A DNA stretch of 64,000 bases, from NCBI GenBank assembly GCA_043819555.1, contig JBDREQ010000001.1, positions 11,451 to 75,450 on the forward strand, in the 5' to 3' direction. Below, one piece after another: positions 1-10,409 of the stretch. How positions within the stretch are numbered: the first letter of the stretch is position 1; every line of letters begins with the position of its first letter. Position numbers and translations under genes: made by a program. This DNA is from Candidatus Zixiibacteriota bacterium (GTDB lineage Bacteria > Zixibacteria > MSB-5A5 > GN15 > JAAZOE01). Below the pieces are notes generated by a model. It was not told the DNA's origin, did no database searches, and worked only from the letters and a program-made list of their open reading frames with translations.

Positions 1-690
1 GGGAACGGTCGAAGTATGCCTGATGGAATTATCATAATAAACGGCGATATCGGTTGTGCCTCCGCCAATATCAACAACCGCAACTCCAAGTTCCTTCTCT
101 TCATCGGTGAGAATGGCGTAACTCGACGCCAATGATTCAAGCACGAGAGCTTCCACTTCCTGTTCGCATCGTCCAATAGCGCGGTAGATGTTTCTTACAG
201 CGGTGGCCGCCGCCGTAATTATATGGACTTCGGCTTCGAGTCGAACACCCGACATTCCGATAGGAACTTTTATGCCGCATTGCTCATCGATTATGAAATC
301 CTGCGGAATGACATGGATTATTTCACGGTCGGCCGGGATGGCGACCGCGCGGGCGGCATCAATGACACGCTCAATGTCGGTCTCGGTAATCTCTTTGTCG
401 CTCCGGGAAACGGCGATAACACCATGCGAGTTTATCGAGCGAATATGGTCCCCGGAAATGCCGGCTAGGACCGATTCGATGCTGACCCCGGCCATCAATT
501 CGGCATCAGTTATCGCTTTGGAGATCGACCGCACCGTTTTTTCCAGATCCACTACAATTCCCCGACGCATTCCATCGGACGGAACCATTCCCATTCCGAC
601 CAGCCGCGGAGTTTCTTCGCCTGATTCAACTTCGGCAATAAGAGCCGATATTTTGGTCGTTCCGATATCGAGTCCTACAATGGTCCGCAC
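1..690 (-). CDS. ftsA: cell division protein FtsA (3'-truncated by window edge; absent from ORF track)
   Basis: Manual translation from GTG at 690 gives VRTIVGLDIGTTKISALIAE...DIGGGTTDIAVYY, the actin-fold FtsA motifs. Lies directly downstream of ftsQ. Confidence 0.95.
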   Translation of the reverse strand, partial: MRTIVGLDIGTTKISALIAEVESGEETPRLVGMGMVPSDGMRRGIVVDLEKTVRSISKAITDAELMAGVSIESVLAGISGDHIRSINSHGVIAVSRSDKEITETDIERVIDAARAVAIPADREIIHVIPQDFIIDEQCGIKVPIGMSGVRLEAEVHIITAAATAVRNIYRAIGRCEQEVEALVLESLASSYAILTDEEKELGVAVVDIGGGTTDIAVYYDNSIRHTSTVP

Positions 691-710
691 TTATGATTTC
701 CTTCCTCTTC

Positions 711-1415
711 TCATTTCTTAATTACCAATCCCGCATACTGGAGGTTAAACTGACCTCCCTGCGCCCCCAATCCAGTCTCGCGGAACAAATGCAGTTTATA
801 TAGTTGATCCGCGAGATCTTCTGAAATTGCCAAATACGATTCATGACCGGTGGTCAGGGATATTTCGAGATAAATTTTTGATGACAAATCTATTTCAGCA
901 ATCTGAGCAAATAGCTCTGGCGAGTTTTCCTTGATTTCTTCCAGTCCGTGGATGACATCGGCCATTCTAAAATCATCTGGCTGATTAAATTGTCGCTGAG
1001 TATTTAATCCTGTAATGATCGGCATATCCTTTGATTCCCAAGTGGTATCGTAAGGAATCACACGGCAGAATCTATCAATGCCATAAAGATCATCGGAAGC
1101 CAACATAGCCAGTGGCCTAAAGCGATTCACTTCGGCCCGGATTCCTGACGGCAAATCATAATTAAGGGCGACATTATGAATACCATCCAAGGCCATAATC
1201 GTTTCTATCATTGAACTTTTATTCACTCTAAAAATATTCGTTTCATCGGGAGCATTTTCCAATTTAGGTTTTAGAGCATCGACCCCGGGTCCCAAATATT
1301 CAATGGCCTTCCACCCAAACACAGATGAAATGTTGGCAAAAATGGTCGAACCTCCAATTACTGCCGTGATGATCAGGCATATCCAGTATTTTTTGCGAAT
1401 CCCCAGAAACATCAT
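711..1415 (-). CDS. ftsQ: cell division protein FtsQ/DivIB
   Basis: N-terminal TM helix and POTRA-like region (NIFRVN...LPSGIRAEV). C-terminal NLQY resembles the FtsQ DLRF/Y motif. Sits between murC and ftsA. Confidence 0.8.
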   Translation of the reverse strand: MMFLGIRKKYWICLIITAVIGGSTIFANISSVFGWKAIEYLGPGVDALKPKLENAPDETNIFRVNKSSMIETIMALDGIHNVALNYDLPSGIRAEVNRFRPLAMLASDDLYGIDRFCRVIPYDTTWESKDMPIITGLNTQRQFNQPDDFRMADVIHGLEEIKENSPELFAQIAEIDLSSKIYLEISLTTGHESYLAISEDLADQLYKLHLFRETGLGAQGGQFNLQYAGLVIKK

Positions 1416-2794
1416 GAACCCAGTTTCTTCAACAATTTATCGTTTATGCGAAAGACATCCCCGGCTCCCATCGTAATAATTACATCCCCGGGCTCGGACA
1501 TTTCAGCAACAATATCTATCGCATTTTCCTTAAGACCGACATATCTGACATTTTTGTATCCAATCGAGTGAGCGTAATCGACAATCATTTCGGCGTTGAT
1601 TCCCGGCATAGGTTTTTCCCGAGCGGGATAGATATCAACAACCAGGGCAACATCGGCAGTGTGGAGGGCTTCGGCAAATTGCCGGTAGAAATCTCGCGTG
1701 CGGCTAAACAGATGCGGCTGAAAGATCGCAATTGTTTTTCTTGGAGACGATGAGGACGATGCGCGCAATCCGCTCAACGTGGCTTTAACTTCGCTGGGAT
1801 GATGAGCATAGTCATCAATGACAGTAATATCATTAACCTCGCCTATGATTTCAAAGCGGCGCCCCACTCCTTTGAACTCGCTCAAGCCTTTATTAATTAA
1901 TTCGGGAGCTATTTCTATTTCGAGAGCGGCGGCTGTCGCCGCAAGGGCATTGGCTATATTAAACCACCCCGGTATGTTTAAAGAAAACCTGCCTTGGTTT
2001 TCCTGTCTGACATAAAGCTCGTAACTAGAGCCATGGCCCGAGAATTCAATGTTATCGGCATATACATCTGCCGGGGGGCTAAATCCAAAAGTGACAATAG
2101 GCCGCTTTATATTATCGCGAATGCGCAAGACGTTTCCATCCGAATCCGGAATAATTACTGAGCCGTAAAAAGGAACACGGTTGACATATTCCGTAAATGA
2201 ATTCAGCAAATCATCAATCCCATCATAGCAATCAAGATGATCCTCCTCAATATTGGTGATAACAGCTATTGAGGGATACATTTTCAAAAACGAGCGATCA
2301 TATTCATCCGCTTCCGCGACCATGATCTCGCCTTTACCAAGCTGTCCGCCGGAATCAAGTTCGATAGCGCGTCCACCGACAAGAACAGTCGGATCCATTC
2401 CTGCAGTCACCAGGATTTTTCCAAGCATGGCGGTCGTTGTCGTTTTGCCGTGACTGCCCGCGATTCCAATTGAGAATTTGAGGCGCATCAATTCGCCCAG
2501 CATTTCAGCCCGCTTAATGACGGGCAAACCTTTTGCAAGCGCTTCCGCGACCTCTGGATTTGATTCATTCACCGCGGATGATATTACGACCAGATCGACA
2601 CCATCCACTTGAGAGGCGCTGTGCCCGGTATAGATCGGTATATTAAGTGACTCGAGATGGTCGGTGACCTCCGAAGGCGAAATATCCGAGCCTGATATCT
2701 GATAACCCAAATTGTGCAAAATCTTGGCCATGCCCGACATCCCGGCGCCGCCGATACCCACGAAGTGGAGTTTTTTGTATTTCGAAAAAATCAT
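1412..2794 (-). CDS. murC: UDP-N-acetylmuramate--L-alanine ligase
   Basis: HFVGIGGAGMSG, GSHGKTTTT, EADEYD, DDYAHHP and FQPHLFSRT motifs. ATG 2794 preferred over the ORF-track start 2845. Confidence 0.97.
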   Translation of the reverse strand: MIFSKYKKLHFVGIGGAGMSGMAKILHNLGYQISGSDISPSEVTDHLESLNIPIYTGHSASQVDGVDLVVISSAVNESNPEVAEALAKGLPVIKRAEMLGELMRLKFSIGIAGSHGKTTTTAMLGKILVTAGMDPTVLVGGRAIELDSGGQLGKGEIMVAEADEYDRSFLKMYPSIAVITNIEEDHLDCYDGIDDLLNSFTEYVNRVPFYGSVIIPDSDGNVLRIRDNIKRPIVTFGFSPPADVYADNIEFSGHGSSYELYVRQENQGRFSLNIPGWFNIANALAATAAALEIEIAPELINKGLSEFKGVGRRFEIIGEVNDITVIDDYAHHPSEVKATLSGLRASSSSSPRKTIAIFQPHLFSRTRDFYRQFAEALHTADVALVVDIYPAREKPMPGINAEMIVDYAHSIGYKNVRYVGLKENAIDIVAEMSEPGDVIITMGAGDVFRINDKLLKKLGS

Positions 2795-2822
2795 ATTTGC
2801 CCGCCTAAACTCTCTTGGTGTT

Positions 2823-3941
2823 TCAACCCTGGTGATAGTCGCCAAGTTTTTCTCCTTTATCCTTCATTAAATCCACTATATGTTGAGCTATCTTTTTGGC
2901 CGCATCCGTATTCCCCAGTTTCGATGACGCGGATTTCATTTTTTCAAATTTATCCGAGGTCAAAATTGTCATGGCCCGTTGCAGAGGATTAATGGTATCG
3001 ATGTCTTTATCAGCGATGACTTCGGCCGCGCCTTCTTTTGCGATTTCCCGGGCGTTATAGTCCTGATGACTGGCGGTCGCGAAAGGATATGGAATCAGTA
3101 TGGCCGGAATGCCGCAATTTGTTAATTCGGCAATCGTCAAAGCTCCGGCTCGCGCGATAGCTATATCGGCAATGGCGTAAACGAGTTCCATTTCATTTGA
3201 AAACGGGAAGAGGGAGACGACAAACTCCTTTTTGTCCAGTCGCTCAGTTACATCCTTGTAATCCCCCTCCCCGCATTGCCATAATAGTTGAACCGAATCA
3301 TCGAGGAATTTCAATCCATCGAATATAGCATAATTGATCTTCCGGGCTCCTTGCGAACCACCCAGAATTAAAATTGTTTTTCTTTCCGGTTTTAATCCAA
3401 ATTTCTCGTATGCTTTATTTTTATCTCCGGAACTTATTGAGGAACGAACCGGGTTTCCGACAAGCATCCGCTTCGTTTGAACCGGCAGGTATTCCTCCGC
3501 TTTTCTGTAAGCGAGGTAAATCATCCTGGTTCGGGACGCCAACTTTCTTGTCACCAAACCCGGGTAACTATTCTGTTCCTGAATAACGCAAGGGATATTT
3601 TTCATTGATGCTGCGATAATCGGCGGTCCGGCCGCATATCCTCCGGTTCCGACCACGATGTCGGGTTTAAATCTTCCTAATATTTTATAAGACTGCAGCA
3701 CCGTCCATACCAGCCTGAATGGGAAAATCAGCAGAGATAACGCCAATTTTCTGGGCAATCCGCGCATCGAAATCAACGATAATGGATATCCCAGTTTCTC
3801 CCTCATGCGATACTCAATTCCATATCTGGTTCCCACAAATTCAATCTCGTTATTTTTATCAAGGCGTTTAATCTCCTCGGCGATGGCAAGGGCCGGATAC
3901 AGATGACCTCCTGTTCCCCCTCCGGCAAACAGAATTTTCAT
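2823..3941 (-). CDS. murG: undecaprenyl-PP-MurNAc-pentapeptide GlcNAc transferase
   Basis: GGGTGGHLYP, EQN, GNPVR, GGSQGA and RAGALT motifs. ATG 3941 overlaps the ftsW stop (ATGA). Confidence 0.97.
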   Translation of the reverse strand: MKILFAGGGTGGHLYPALAIAEEIKRLDKNNEIEFVGTRYGIEYRMREKLGYPLSLISMRGLPRKLALSLLIFPFRLVWTVLQSYKILGRFKPDIVVGTGGYAAGPPIIAASMKNIPCVIQEQNSYPGLVTRKLASRTRMIYLAYRKAEEYLPVQTKRMLVGNPVRSSISSGDKNKAYEKFGLKPERKTILILGGSQGARKINYAIFDGLKFLDDSVQLLWQCGEGDYKDVTERLDKKEFVVSLFPFSNEMELVYAIADIAIARAGALTIAELTNCGIPAILIPYPFATASHQDYNAREIAKEGAAEVIADKDIDTINPLQRAMTILTSDKFEKMKSASSKLGNTDAAKKIAQHIVDLMKDKGEKLGDYHQG

Positions 3942-5071
3942 TGAACACGCCTCACTTGCCAACGAGATAAATTGAGGAGGAGTCCCACGGCCGCCGCAGA
4001 AACAACTAACGATGAACCTCCAAAACTGAGAAACGGTAATGGCAATCCGGTTGTCGGAATCAGACCCAGAACAACCGCGATGTTAATGCAAATATTTATA
4101 GCCAAACAAAGAATCAATCCGGAAGCTAGGAGATAGCGGAATTTATCAGGCTGACCGGAAGCGATGCGGAAACCCCGCCAAATAACCGCGTAGAATAATC
4201 CCAGAGTAATGATCAATCCCAGAAGGCCAAGCTCTTCCCCGATTGAAGCAAAAATGAAATCGGTATGCGGTTCCGGCAGGAAAAACTGTTTGAATATTCC
4301 ATTTCCCAGCCCTGTTCCCCAAATGCCTCCATTGGCGATAGACAAAACCGATTGCTTCACCTGGTGCGGGGCTTGCATAGGGTCAGCCATCCAATCGAAA
4401 AAATCAAGGACACGGGACTTTTTATATCCGGCGATAAATACCAGGAGATAAACCGCAATGGCGGAACCGCCTATGGCGATGGCGAGATGGTTTAATCGCG
4501 CACCGGCCAGATATAAAAGAATAATAACCGTTGTTCCTAAAACCAGGATCGAGCCAAGATCAGGCTCAAAGACAATCAACAAGGTTCCCGCCAGCAATAT
4601 CGGCCCATAGGGCCATATATATAATTTCAAATTATCGAGCGACCGCCCTTTCTGCGATAATGAATGAGCCAGGTAAAAAAGGATCATGTACTTAAAAATT
4701 TCGGAAGGCTGGAATGTGAAAAAGCCGGTTGACAGCCAACGATGAGTTCCGCGAATCGGATTTGGGATATAGACGATTATCAAAAGCGCAAAGGCCAGTA
4801 TTAACCCTGGGAAAATCAGCTTTCTTGCCTTTTCCAAATCGATTCTAATCGCCAGATACATAACAATATAAGCCAGCACCAGGTATATAATCTGACGTTT
4901 TAGGAAAAAGGCATGGCTTGAAAATTTCCTTCCATCTTCGGTCATGGCGTTTTGCGCAATCGCGCTCGATGAAGAATAGACCATGATGCTGCCAAGCAGA
5001 ATCAAAAGAGAGACTGATAACAGCAACCAGTGATCGATCTTTTTATCTTTAGGCTTCAACAGCAGTACCAT
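3938..5071 (-). CDS. ftsW: SEDS peptidoglycan polymerase FtsW
   Basis: Multi-TM protein with RW, FQPSE, EPDLG, LPEPHTDFIF and PFLSFGGSS motifs, in the dcw position. Confidence 0.96.
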   Translation of the reverse strand: MVLLLKPKDKKIDHWLLLSVSLLILLGSIMVYSSSSAIAQNAMTEDGRKFSSHAFFLKRQIIYLVLAYIVMYLAIRIDLEKARKLIFPGLILAFALLIIVYIPNPIRGTHRWLSTGFFTFQPSEIFKYMILFYLAHSLSQKGRSLDNLKLYIWPYGPILLAGTLLIVFEPDLGSILVLGTTVIILLYLAGARLNHLAIAIGGSAIAVYLLVFIAGYKKSRVLDFFDWMADPMQAPHQVKQSVLSIANGGIWGTGLGNGIFKQFFLPEPHTDFIFASIGEELGLLGLIITLGLFYAVIWRGFRIASGQPDKFRYLLASGLILCLAINICINIAVVLGLIPTTGLPLPFLSFGGSSLVVSAAAVGLLLNLSRWQVRRVQ

Positions 5072-6458
5072 TGCCTTTTCCGTTTTTCAATTTCATTACC
5101 AATTTCTTAAAATCTTCGCCGCGTTGTTCAAAGTTGCGATACATATCGAAACTGGCGCATCCGGGCGAAAGCAGAACCGTATCTCCGGGATGTGACAGGT
5201 CGAATGATTTTTGTACGGCATCAGCCATTGAATCAGCCATGACCGCAGATATATGGCGGCCCAGTTGATCAAATATTTTTTCCCGTGCTTCGCCGATAAG
5301 AATCATATGCTTGACCTTACCTGAGGCATAAGGCAACAGGCGCGTAAAATCGCCCTGTTTATCGCGGCCTCCGGCGATAAGATTTATGTTTCCGGGGATT
5401 GACTGAAGAGCGACAACAACGGCATCGACATTTGTGCCTTTGGAATCATTTATAAATGAAACCCCCCCGATGGTATTGACATATTCAAGGCGATGCTCGA
5501 CTCCGGTAAATTTTTCCAGAACGGACGCAATTATTTGGGCATCAATTCCGCATATCAGCGCCGCGGCCGTGGCTGCCGAGGCATTGGATAAATTATGCGG
5601 GCCGGGGATTCCGATTTTGTCGGAGGATATAATATCATATTCTCTGCCGGCCAACTTCCCAAACAGTCTCTTCCCCCTCTGGGAGACACCATCCGGAAGT
5701 TGGCCGGTACTGCTGATGTTATCCTGGATTGAATATTTTATAACACTGCTTTTGTAAGGAAAAGTGCGTCGCGAGATTTCATTATCATCAACATTGAGAA
5801 TGGCATAATGTTCGGCGGTTTGGTTTTCGAATATTTTATATTTGGCGGCGCAGTAATTATCAAAAGATTTATAGCGATCGAGATGATCTGGTGTTAGATT
5901 TAGTAAAATACCAACATACGGCGCGAATTGTTCAATCCGATCTAATTGAAATGAAGAAACTTCAATAACAGCCAAACCGTCTTCCGGTACATCTCTGGCA
6001 ATCTGAGAAAACGGGGTTCCAATATTTCCGCCGACAACCGTTGGTATTCCCGAAGCTTTGCATATTTCGCCCAATAATGTTGTCGTCGTGGTCTTCCCGT
6101 TGGAGCCAGTTATCGCTAAAATTCTACCCCGGCAAATCCAGGAAGCTAACTCAATTTCTGAAAGAATCGGAATTCCGGCGCTCGATGCCATTTGAAGAAT
6201 ATCGATCGAGCCGGGAACGCCGGGTGAGCAAATCAGATAATCGCTTTCGAGTAATTTTTCCGTATGTCCGCCGTATTCAAACGCAATGCCCTCTTTTTCA
6301 AGAATGGCGATTACTTCGAACAAATCCTTTTCTGACATTACATCAGAAACCAGAGGTACGCCGCCTAATTGTTTGACCAATTTGGCGGCGGCAATTCCCG
6401 ATCTGGCCATGCCGATAATGCCAACTCTTCTTCCCTGTATTCTATCAATTCTATTCAT
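5049..6458 (-). CDS. murD: UDP-MurNAc-L-Ala--D-glutamate ligase
   Basis: ITGSNGKTTT, EVSSFQL, DHLDRY, NDSKGTN and LSPGCASFD motifs. Confidence 0.97.
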   Translation of the reverse strand: MNRIDRIQGRRVGIIGMARSGIAAAKLVKQLGGVPLVSDVMSEKDLFEVIAILEKEGIAFEYGGHTEKLLESDYLICSPGVPGSIDILQMASSAGIPILSEIELASWICRGRILAITGSNGKTTTTTLLGEICKASGIPTVVGGNIGTPFSQIARDVPEDGLAVIEVSSFQLDRIEQFAPYVGILLNLTPDHLDRYKSFDNYCAAKYKIFENQTAEHYAILNVDDNEISRRTFPYKSSVIKYSIQDNISSTGQLPDGVSQRGKRLFGKLAGREYDIISSDKIGIPGPHNLSNASAATAAALICGIDAQIIASVLEKFTGVEHRLEYVNTIGGVSFINDSKGTNVDAVVVALQSIPGNINLIAGGRDKQGDFTRLLPYASGKVKHMILIGEAREKIFDQLGRHISAVMADSMADAVQKSFDLSHPGDTVLLSPGCASFDMYRNFEQRGEDFKKLVMKLKNGKGNGTAVEA

Positions 6459-7540
6459 CGTATTTTCAACGTACTAAGGGTTAAAAGCGCGCAAATGGCG
6501 CCGATTATCCAAAAGCGGACGACTACTTTCGATTCATCCCATCCTAAAAGTTCAAAATGATGATGCAGCGGAGCCATTTTGAAAATTCGCTTGCCTCTTA
6601 ATCGATATGACATTACCTGGATTATTACTGAAACCGCTTCGGCCACGAAAACGCCTCCAACGATAACAAGCAGAAGTTCTTTCTTGATTAATATTGCTAT
6701 AGCCCCCAAAGCTCCCCCCAACGCCAGGGCGCCAGTGTCACCCATGAATACCTGGGCGGGGTGCGAGTTAAACCACAAAAATCCGAGCGAGGCGCCAATA
6801 ACAGCCGCGCAATAGACAGCCAATTCGCCGGAACCAGGCATATACTCAATGGTCAGATAAGAGGAATAGTCCGCGCGTCCGGCGACGTAGGTAAGGCCGG
6901 CGAATGCGATAAAACAAAATGCCGAGAGTCCTATTGCCAAACCATCAAGACCATCGGAGAGGTTGACGGCATTTGATGTACCGGCAATGACCACGATTAT
7001 AAACGGAACATAGAGTATGCCCAGATTGAGAATATAGTTTTTGAAGAACGGTATATTAGTATGGGCGCTAAATTCGCCGCCGGGCGGGAAATAATATAAC
7101 AGCAGACCGAATAACAGTCCACAGGCAATCTGACCAACCATTTTCTTGCGTCCGACCAATCCACGTGCCTGGAGTTTTTTTGCTTTGAGATAATCATCCA
7201 TAAATCCGATTGCGCCCATCCAGATGGTGACCATCAGGATTAACAGGATAAATCGATTTGTCAGGTCAGCCCATAAAAGGGTTGGTATCAAGACTGAAAA
7301 AAGAATCATCACCCCGCCCATCGTCGGAGTGCCTTCCTTGGCCTTATGGGTCGCCGGACCTTCTTCCCTGATTTTTTCTTTAACCTGAAAACGATGTAAG
7401 ATTCTAAGAAACATGGGGCCGAATAATAGCGAAATAAGAAGCGCGGTTATCGATGCGGCAACCGCACGAGTGGTGATATAACGGAATAAATTCAGACCCG
7501 AGATATACTGCGTCAATTCTGTTAGTAAATAATACAGCAT
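6455..7540 (-). CDS. mraY: phospho-N-acetylmuramoyl-pentapeptide transferase
   Basis: GTPTMGG, NAVNLSDGLDGL, FMGDTG and APLHHHFE motifs. Confidence 0.98.
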   Translation of the reverse strand: MLYYLLTELTQYISGLNLFRYITTRAVAASITALLISLLFGPMFLRILHRFQVKEKIREEGPATHKAKEGTPTMGGVMILFSVLIPTLLWADLTNRFILLILMVTIWMGAIGFMDDYLKAKKLQARGLVGRKKMVGQIACGLLFGLLLYYFPPGGEFSAHTNIPFFKNYILNLGILYVPFIIVVIAGTSNAVNLSDGLDGLAIGLSAFCFIAFAGLTYVAGRADYSSYLTIEYMPGSGELAVYCAAVIGASLGFLWFNSHPAQVFMGDTGALALGGALGAIAILIKKELLLVIVGGVFVAEAVSVIIQVMSYRLRGKRIFKMAPLHHHFELLGWDESKVVVRFWIIGAICALLTLSTLKIR

Positions 7541-7541
7541 T

Positions 7542-8939
7542 TTAATTTCTCTTAAAAGCTGTTCCCTTCAACCCGGAAACGATTTTTTCAATTCTCATAC
7601 CACGAGATCCCTTGAACAAAATCAAGTCACCGCGATGGATGATTTTCAGTAATTGGTCGAGTAGTTCATTATGATCCCGGAAATGAATCGCATGTTTGCC
7701 GGTCATACCTTCACAAATCGCTTCTTGAACCGTATTCTCTGTCAATGATCCCAGGCATAATAGAAAAGCCACACCTGATTTGGCGGCAATGGCACCGATG
7801 TTTTTATGGAACTCAATTTCATTTTCGCCAAGTTCCAGCATATCACCTATGATCGCAATGCGTCGGCCTGTAGTGGGTAAATTACACAACGTATCAAGCG
7901 ATGCCGTAACTGATCCCGGATTGGCGTTATAGCAATCTATTAAGAGATGCAATCCCTCAAATGATTCTGAAACCATACGCATATCGACGGGCTGAAATGA
8001 TGCCAAACCCTGCGTCCATTCATCCGGTGAACATTCCCAAACCGTGGCCGCCGCGACAGCTGCCAGAACATTATATATATTTACTTTGCCGAAGACTGGA
8101 ATACGGATATTATGACCGTTAATGTCGCAGAAGTAATTGCCCTTATCATCAATTCTTATCTTAGTCGCTCGGATGTCGCAATCGTTGGAAATGCCAAAGC
8201 CAATATATTTGAGATTTCTTCTTTGGGCTTCATTTGTCAGGTTTTCATCATCTGCATTCAGGATTACTACCGCCCCGACCGGAAGATTGTCAACCAGTTC
8301 GAATTTGGCTTTGATTACATTTTCAATTGTCCCCAGAGTATCCAGATGAGCCGGACCGATATTAGTAATTACCGCGATATCCGGCTTGATTATTGATGCC
8401 AATCGCGTCATTTCCCCCGGAACGGAAATACCCAGTTCAAATACGGCATAGTCAGCATCAGACGGCATCATTCCCAGTGATAATGGCAGTCCAAATAGAT
8501 TATTCAGATTTCCCGGAGAGCGGAAAGCACTATGGTTCACGCCTACGATTGAGTAAAGCATTTCTTTGGTTGTTGTTTTTCCGTTGGTTCCGGTTATGCC
8601 GGCAAATCTTGCGTCAATCTGGCGGCGGATATATCCGGCCAGATTCAGCAAGGCTTCATGGGTATCATTAACGACATAAATCAATCCTGGCGGATTGGCG
8701 GAAAATTGTGAAATTCGATCCCGGTTAACAACCGCGGCGGCGGCGCCTCGTTGAAAGGCGCCTGGGATATACTCATGTCCATCATTATTTTCGCCTTTAA
8801 TCGCGAAAAACAATTCACCGGATTTGATCGTGCGGCTATCGATTGATAATCCGGTGAATTCCGGCATGCCATCAATTGCGCCGTTGATTATTTCCGAATC
8901 AAGAACTATTTTTAGTATTGACGGAATCAAGTATTTCAC
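7542..8939 (-). CDS. murF: UDP-MurNAc-tripeptide--D-Ala-D-Ala ligase
   Basis: GITGTNGKTTTKE, DCYNANP, GDMLELG and KGSRG motifs. GTG start. Confidence 0.96.
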   Translation of the reverse strand: MKYLIPSILKIVLDSEIINGAIDGMPEFTGLSIDSRTIKSGELFFAIKGENNDGHEYIPGAFQRGAAAAVVNRDRISQFSANPPGLIYVVNDTHEALLNLAGYIRRQIDARFAGITGTNGKTTTKEMLYSIVGVNHSAFRSPGNLNNLFGLPLSLGMMPSDADYAVFELGISVPGEMTRLASIIKPDIAVITNIGPAHLDTLGTIENVIKAKFELVDNLPVGAVVILNADDENLTNEAQRRNLKYIGFGISNDCDIRATKIRIDDKGNYFCDINGHNIRIPVFGKVNIYNVLAAVAAATVWECSPDEWTQGLASFQPVDMRMVSESFEGLHLLIDCYNANPGSVTASLDTLCNLPTTGRRIAIIGDMLELGENEIEFHKNIGAIAAKSGVAFLLCLGSLTENTVQEAICEGMTGKHAIHFRDHNELLDQLLKIIHRGDLILFKGSRGMRIEKIVSGLKGTAFKRN

Positions 8940-10409
8940 CTATTTCCCGTACCCCATTTTTTCCAAATATTTTATGGCTATTTCTTTATCGCTAAAAGGA
9001 TGGCGAATCCCTTTGATTTCCTGATATTCTTCCGCCCCTTTGCCCGCCAGAAGAACGATATCTCCCTTTTCAGAACTTTGTAAGATGTGTTTTATAGCCT
9101 CTTCGCGGTCCTCAATTATTTCAGCCCTGGCTCCATTTGTAAATCCAGCGCTGGCATCATTTATTATCTGTCGAGGATCTTCACTGCGAGGATTATCGGA
9201 TGTAAGGACGCTATAGTCAGAGGATGATGCTACGGCATTGGCCATCAGGGGTCGTTTCCCTCGGTCACGATCACCGCCGCATCCAAAAAGCGTAAGAATT
9301 CGATTGGCGCCAATTTCCTTCAACGTCTCAATAGTTCTTTTTAAGGCATCGGGAGTATGGGCGTAATCAATGAAAACTGAAAATGGCGCACCAATGCCAA
9401 TTCTTTCCAATCTTCCCGGAATTACCTGAGAATTGGCCAATCCGGCAGCGACCGAATCAATATCAACTCCTGATGCAATTGATGCGGTCGCGGCCGCCAG
9501 AGCATTATATAGATTGTATCGCCCAGGTAATTTGAATTCAATATGCCTGACGCCGTGAGGAGTCTGGAGTTCCAAATTTGAACCGTCTGGGCGCAATTTA
9601 AAATGCTTCAAATATACATCGGCGTCCGAATCCGAAAGCGAATAGATCATGTGTGAGCAAGTCAAGCCATCAATAAAGCCTCTGTATTCAGGGCAGTCAT
9701 AATTCAGAACCGCCCATTGAGTTTTTAGCGTAACGAAGCCAAGCAGTTTGGCTTTGGTTGCCAAATAATCATCCATGTCTATGTGAAAATCGAGATGATC
9801 CCGGGTAAAATTGGTAAATAGCGCCACTTGAATATTCAGGTTTCTAATGCGATGCAATCTGAGCGCATGCGACGATACTTCGATGACCGCATTTGTGCAA
9901 AAATTACTTTTCATAGCGTTCAGAAATCGATAGATATCCAGAGATTCGGGAGTTGTGCGGGAAGCCTTAATTTGATCGCGGAGGGTGTCATAAACCAGGG
10001 ATGTTACCAGGCCGGTTCGCCTGTTCCAGGCACAGAGTATATTCTTTATCAAAAAGCATGATGTCGTTTTGCCATTAGTGCCGGTTACTGCACAAATTTT
10101 TATTTTGTTTTTGCCATAATCATAGAAACGCGCTGCCACATCGGCCAATGCCATACGAGCATCGGGAACAATAAGCTGAGGAACGGAATAATTGCCTTCT
10201 TTTTCAGATATAATCGCTGCAGCTCCATTATCGATAGCATCCTGAGCATAGACATTCCCGTCCTCCTGAAAACCGGAAATGGCCACAAAGGTATTACCCG
10301 GTTCAATCTTACCGGAATGATATTCGATTCCGGATATTTCGACATCATCGGAACCGATAATATTCGCGCCCGAAACCGCCCCGGCTAAATCCCGTAAAAG
10401 AATGTTCAC
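8940..10409 (-). CDS. murE: UDP-MurNAc-dipeptide--meso-DAP ligase
   Basis: VTGTNGKTT, EVSSH, DYAHTPD and FGCGGDRD motifs, plus the DAP-type DNPR motif. GTG start. Confidence 0.97.
   Translation of the reverse strand: MNILLRDLAGAVSGANIIGSDDVEISGIEYHSGKIEPGNTFVAISGFQEDGNVYAQDAIDNGAAAIISEKEGNYSVPQLIVPDARMALADVAARFYDYGKNKIKICAVTGTNGKTTSCFLIKNILCAWNRRTGLVTSLVYDTLRDQIKASRTTPESLDIYRFLNAMKSNFCTNAVIEVSSHALRLHRIRNLNIQVALFTNFTRDHLDFHIDMDDYLATKAKLLGFVTLKTQWAVLNYDCPEYRGFIDGLTCSHMIYSLSDSDADVYLKHFKLRPDGSNLELQTPHGVRHIEFKLPGRYNLYNALAAATASIASGVDIDSVAAGLANSQVIPGRLERIGIGAPFSVFIDYAHTPDALKRTIETLKEIGANRILTLFGCGGDRDRGKRPLMANAVASSSDYSVLTSDNPRSEDPRQIINDASAGFTNGARAEIIEDREEAIKHILQSSEKGDIVLLAGKGAEEYQEIKGIRHPFSDKEIAIKYLEKMGYGK

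Noticed and set aside
188..721. 177-aa plus-strand ORF
   Set aside because: Antisense shadow of ftsA, which is clearly encoded on the minus strand.
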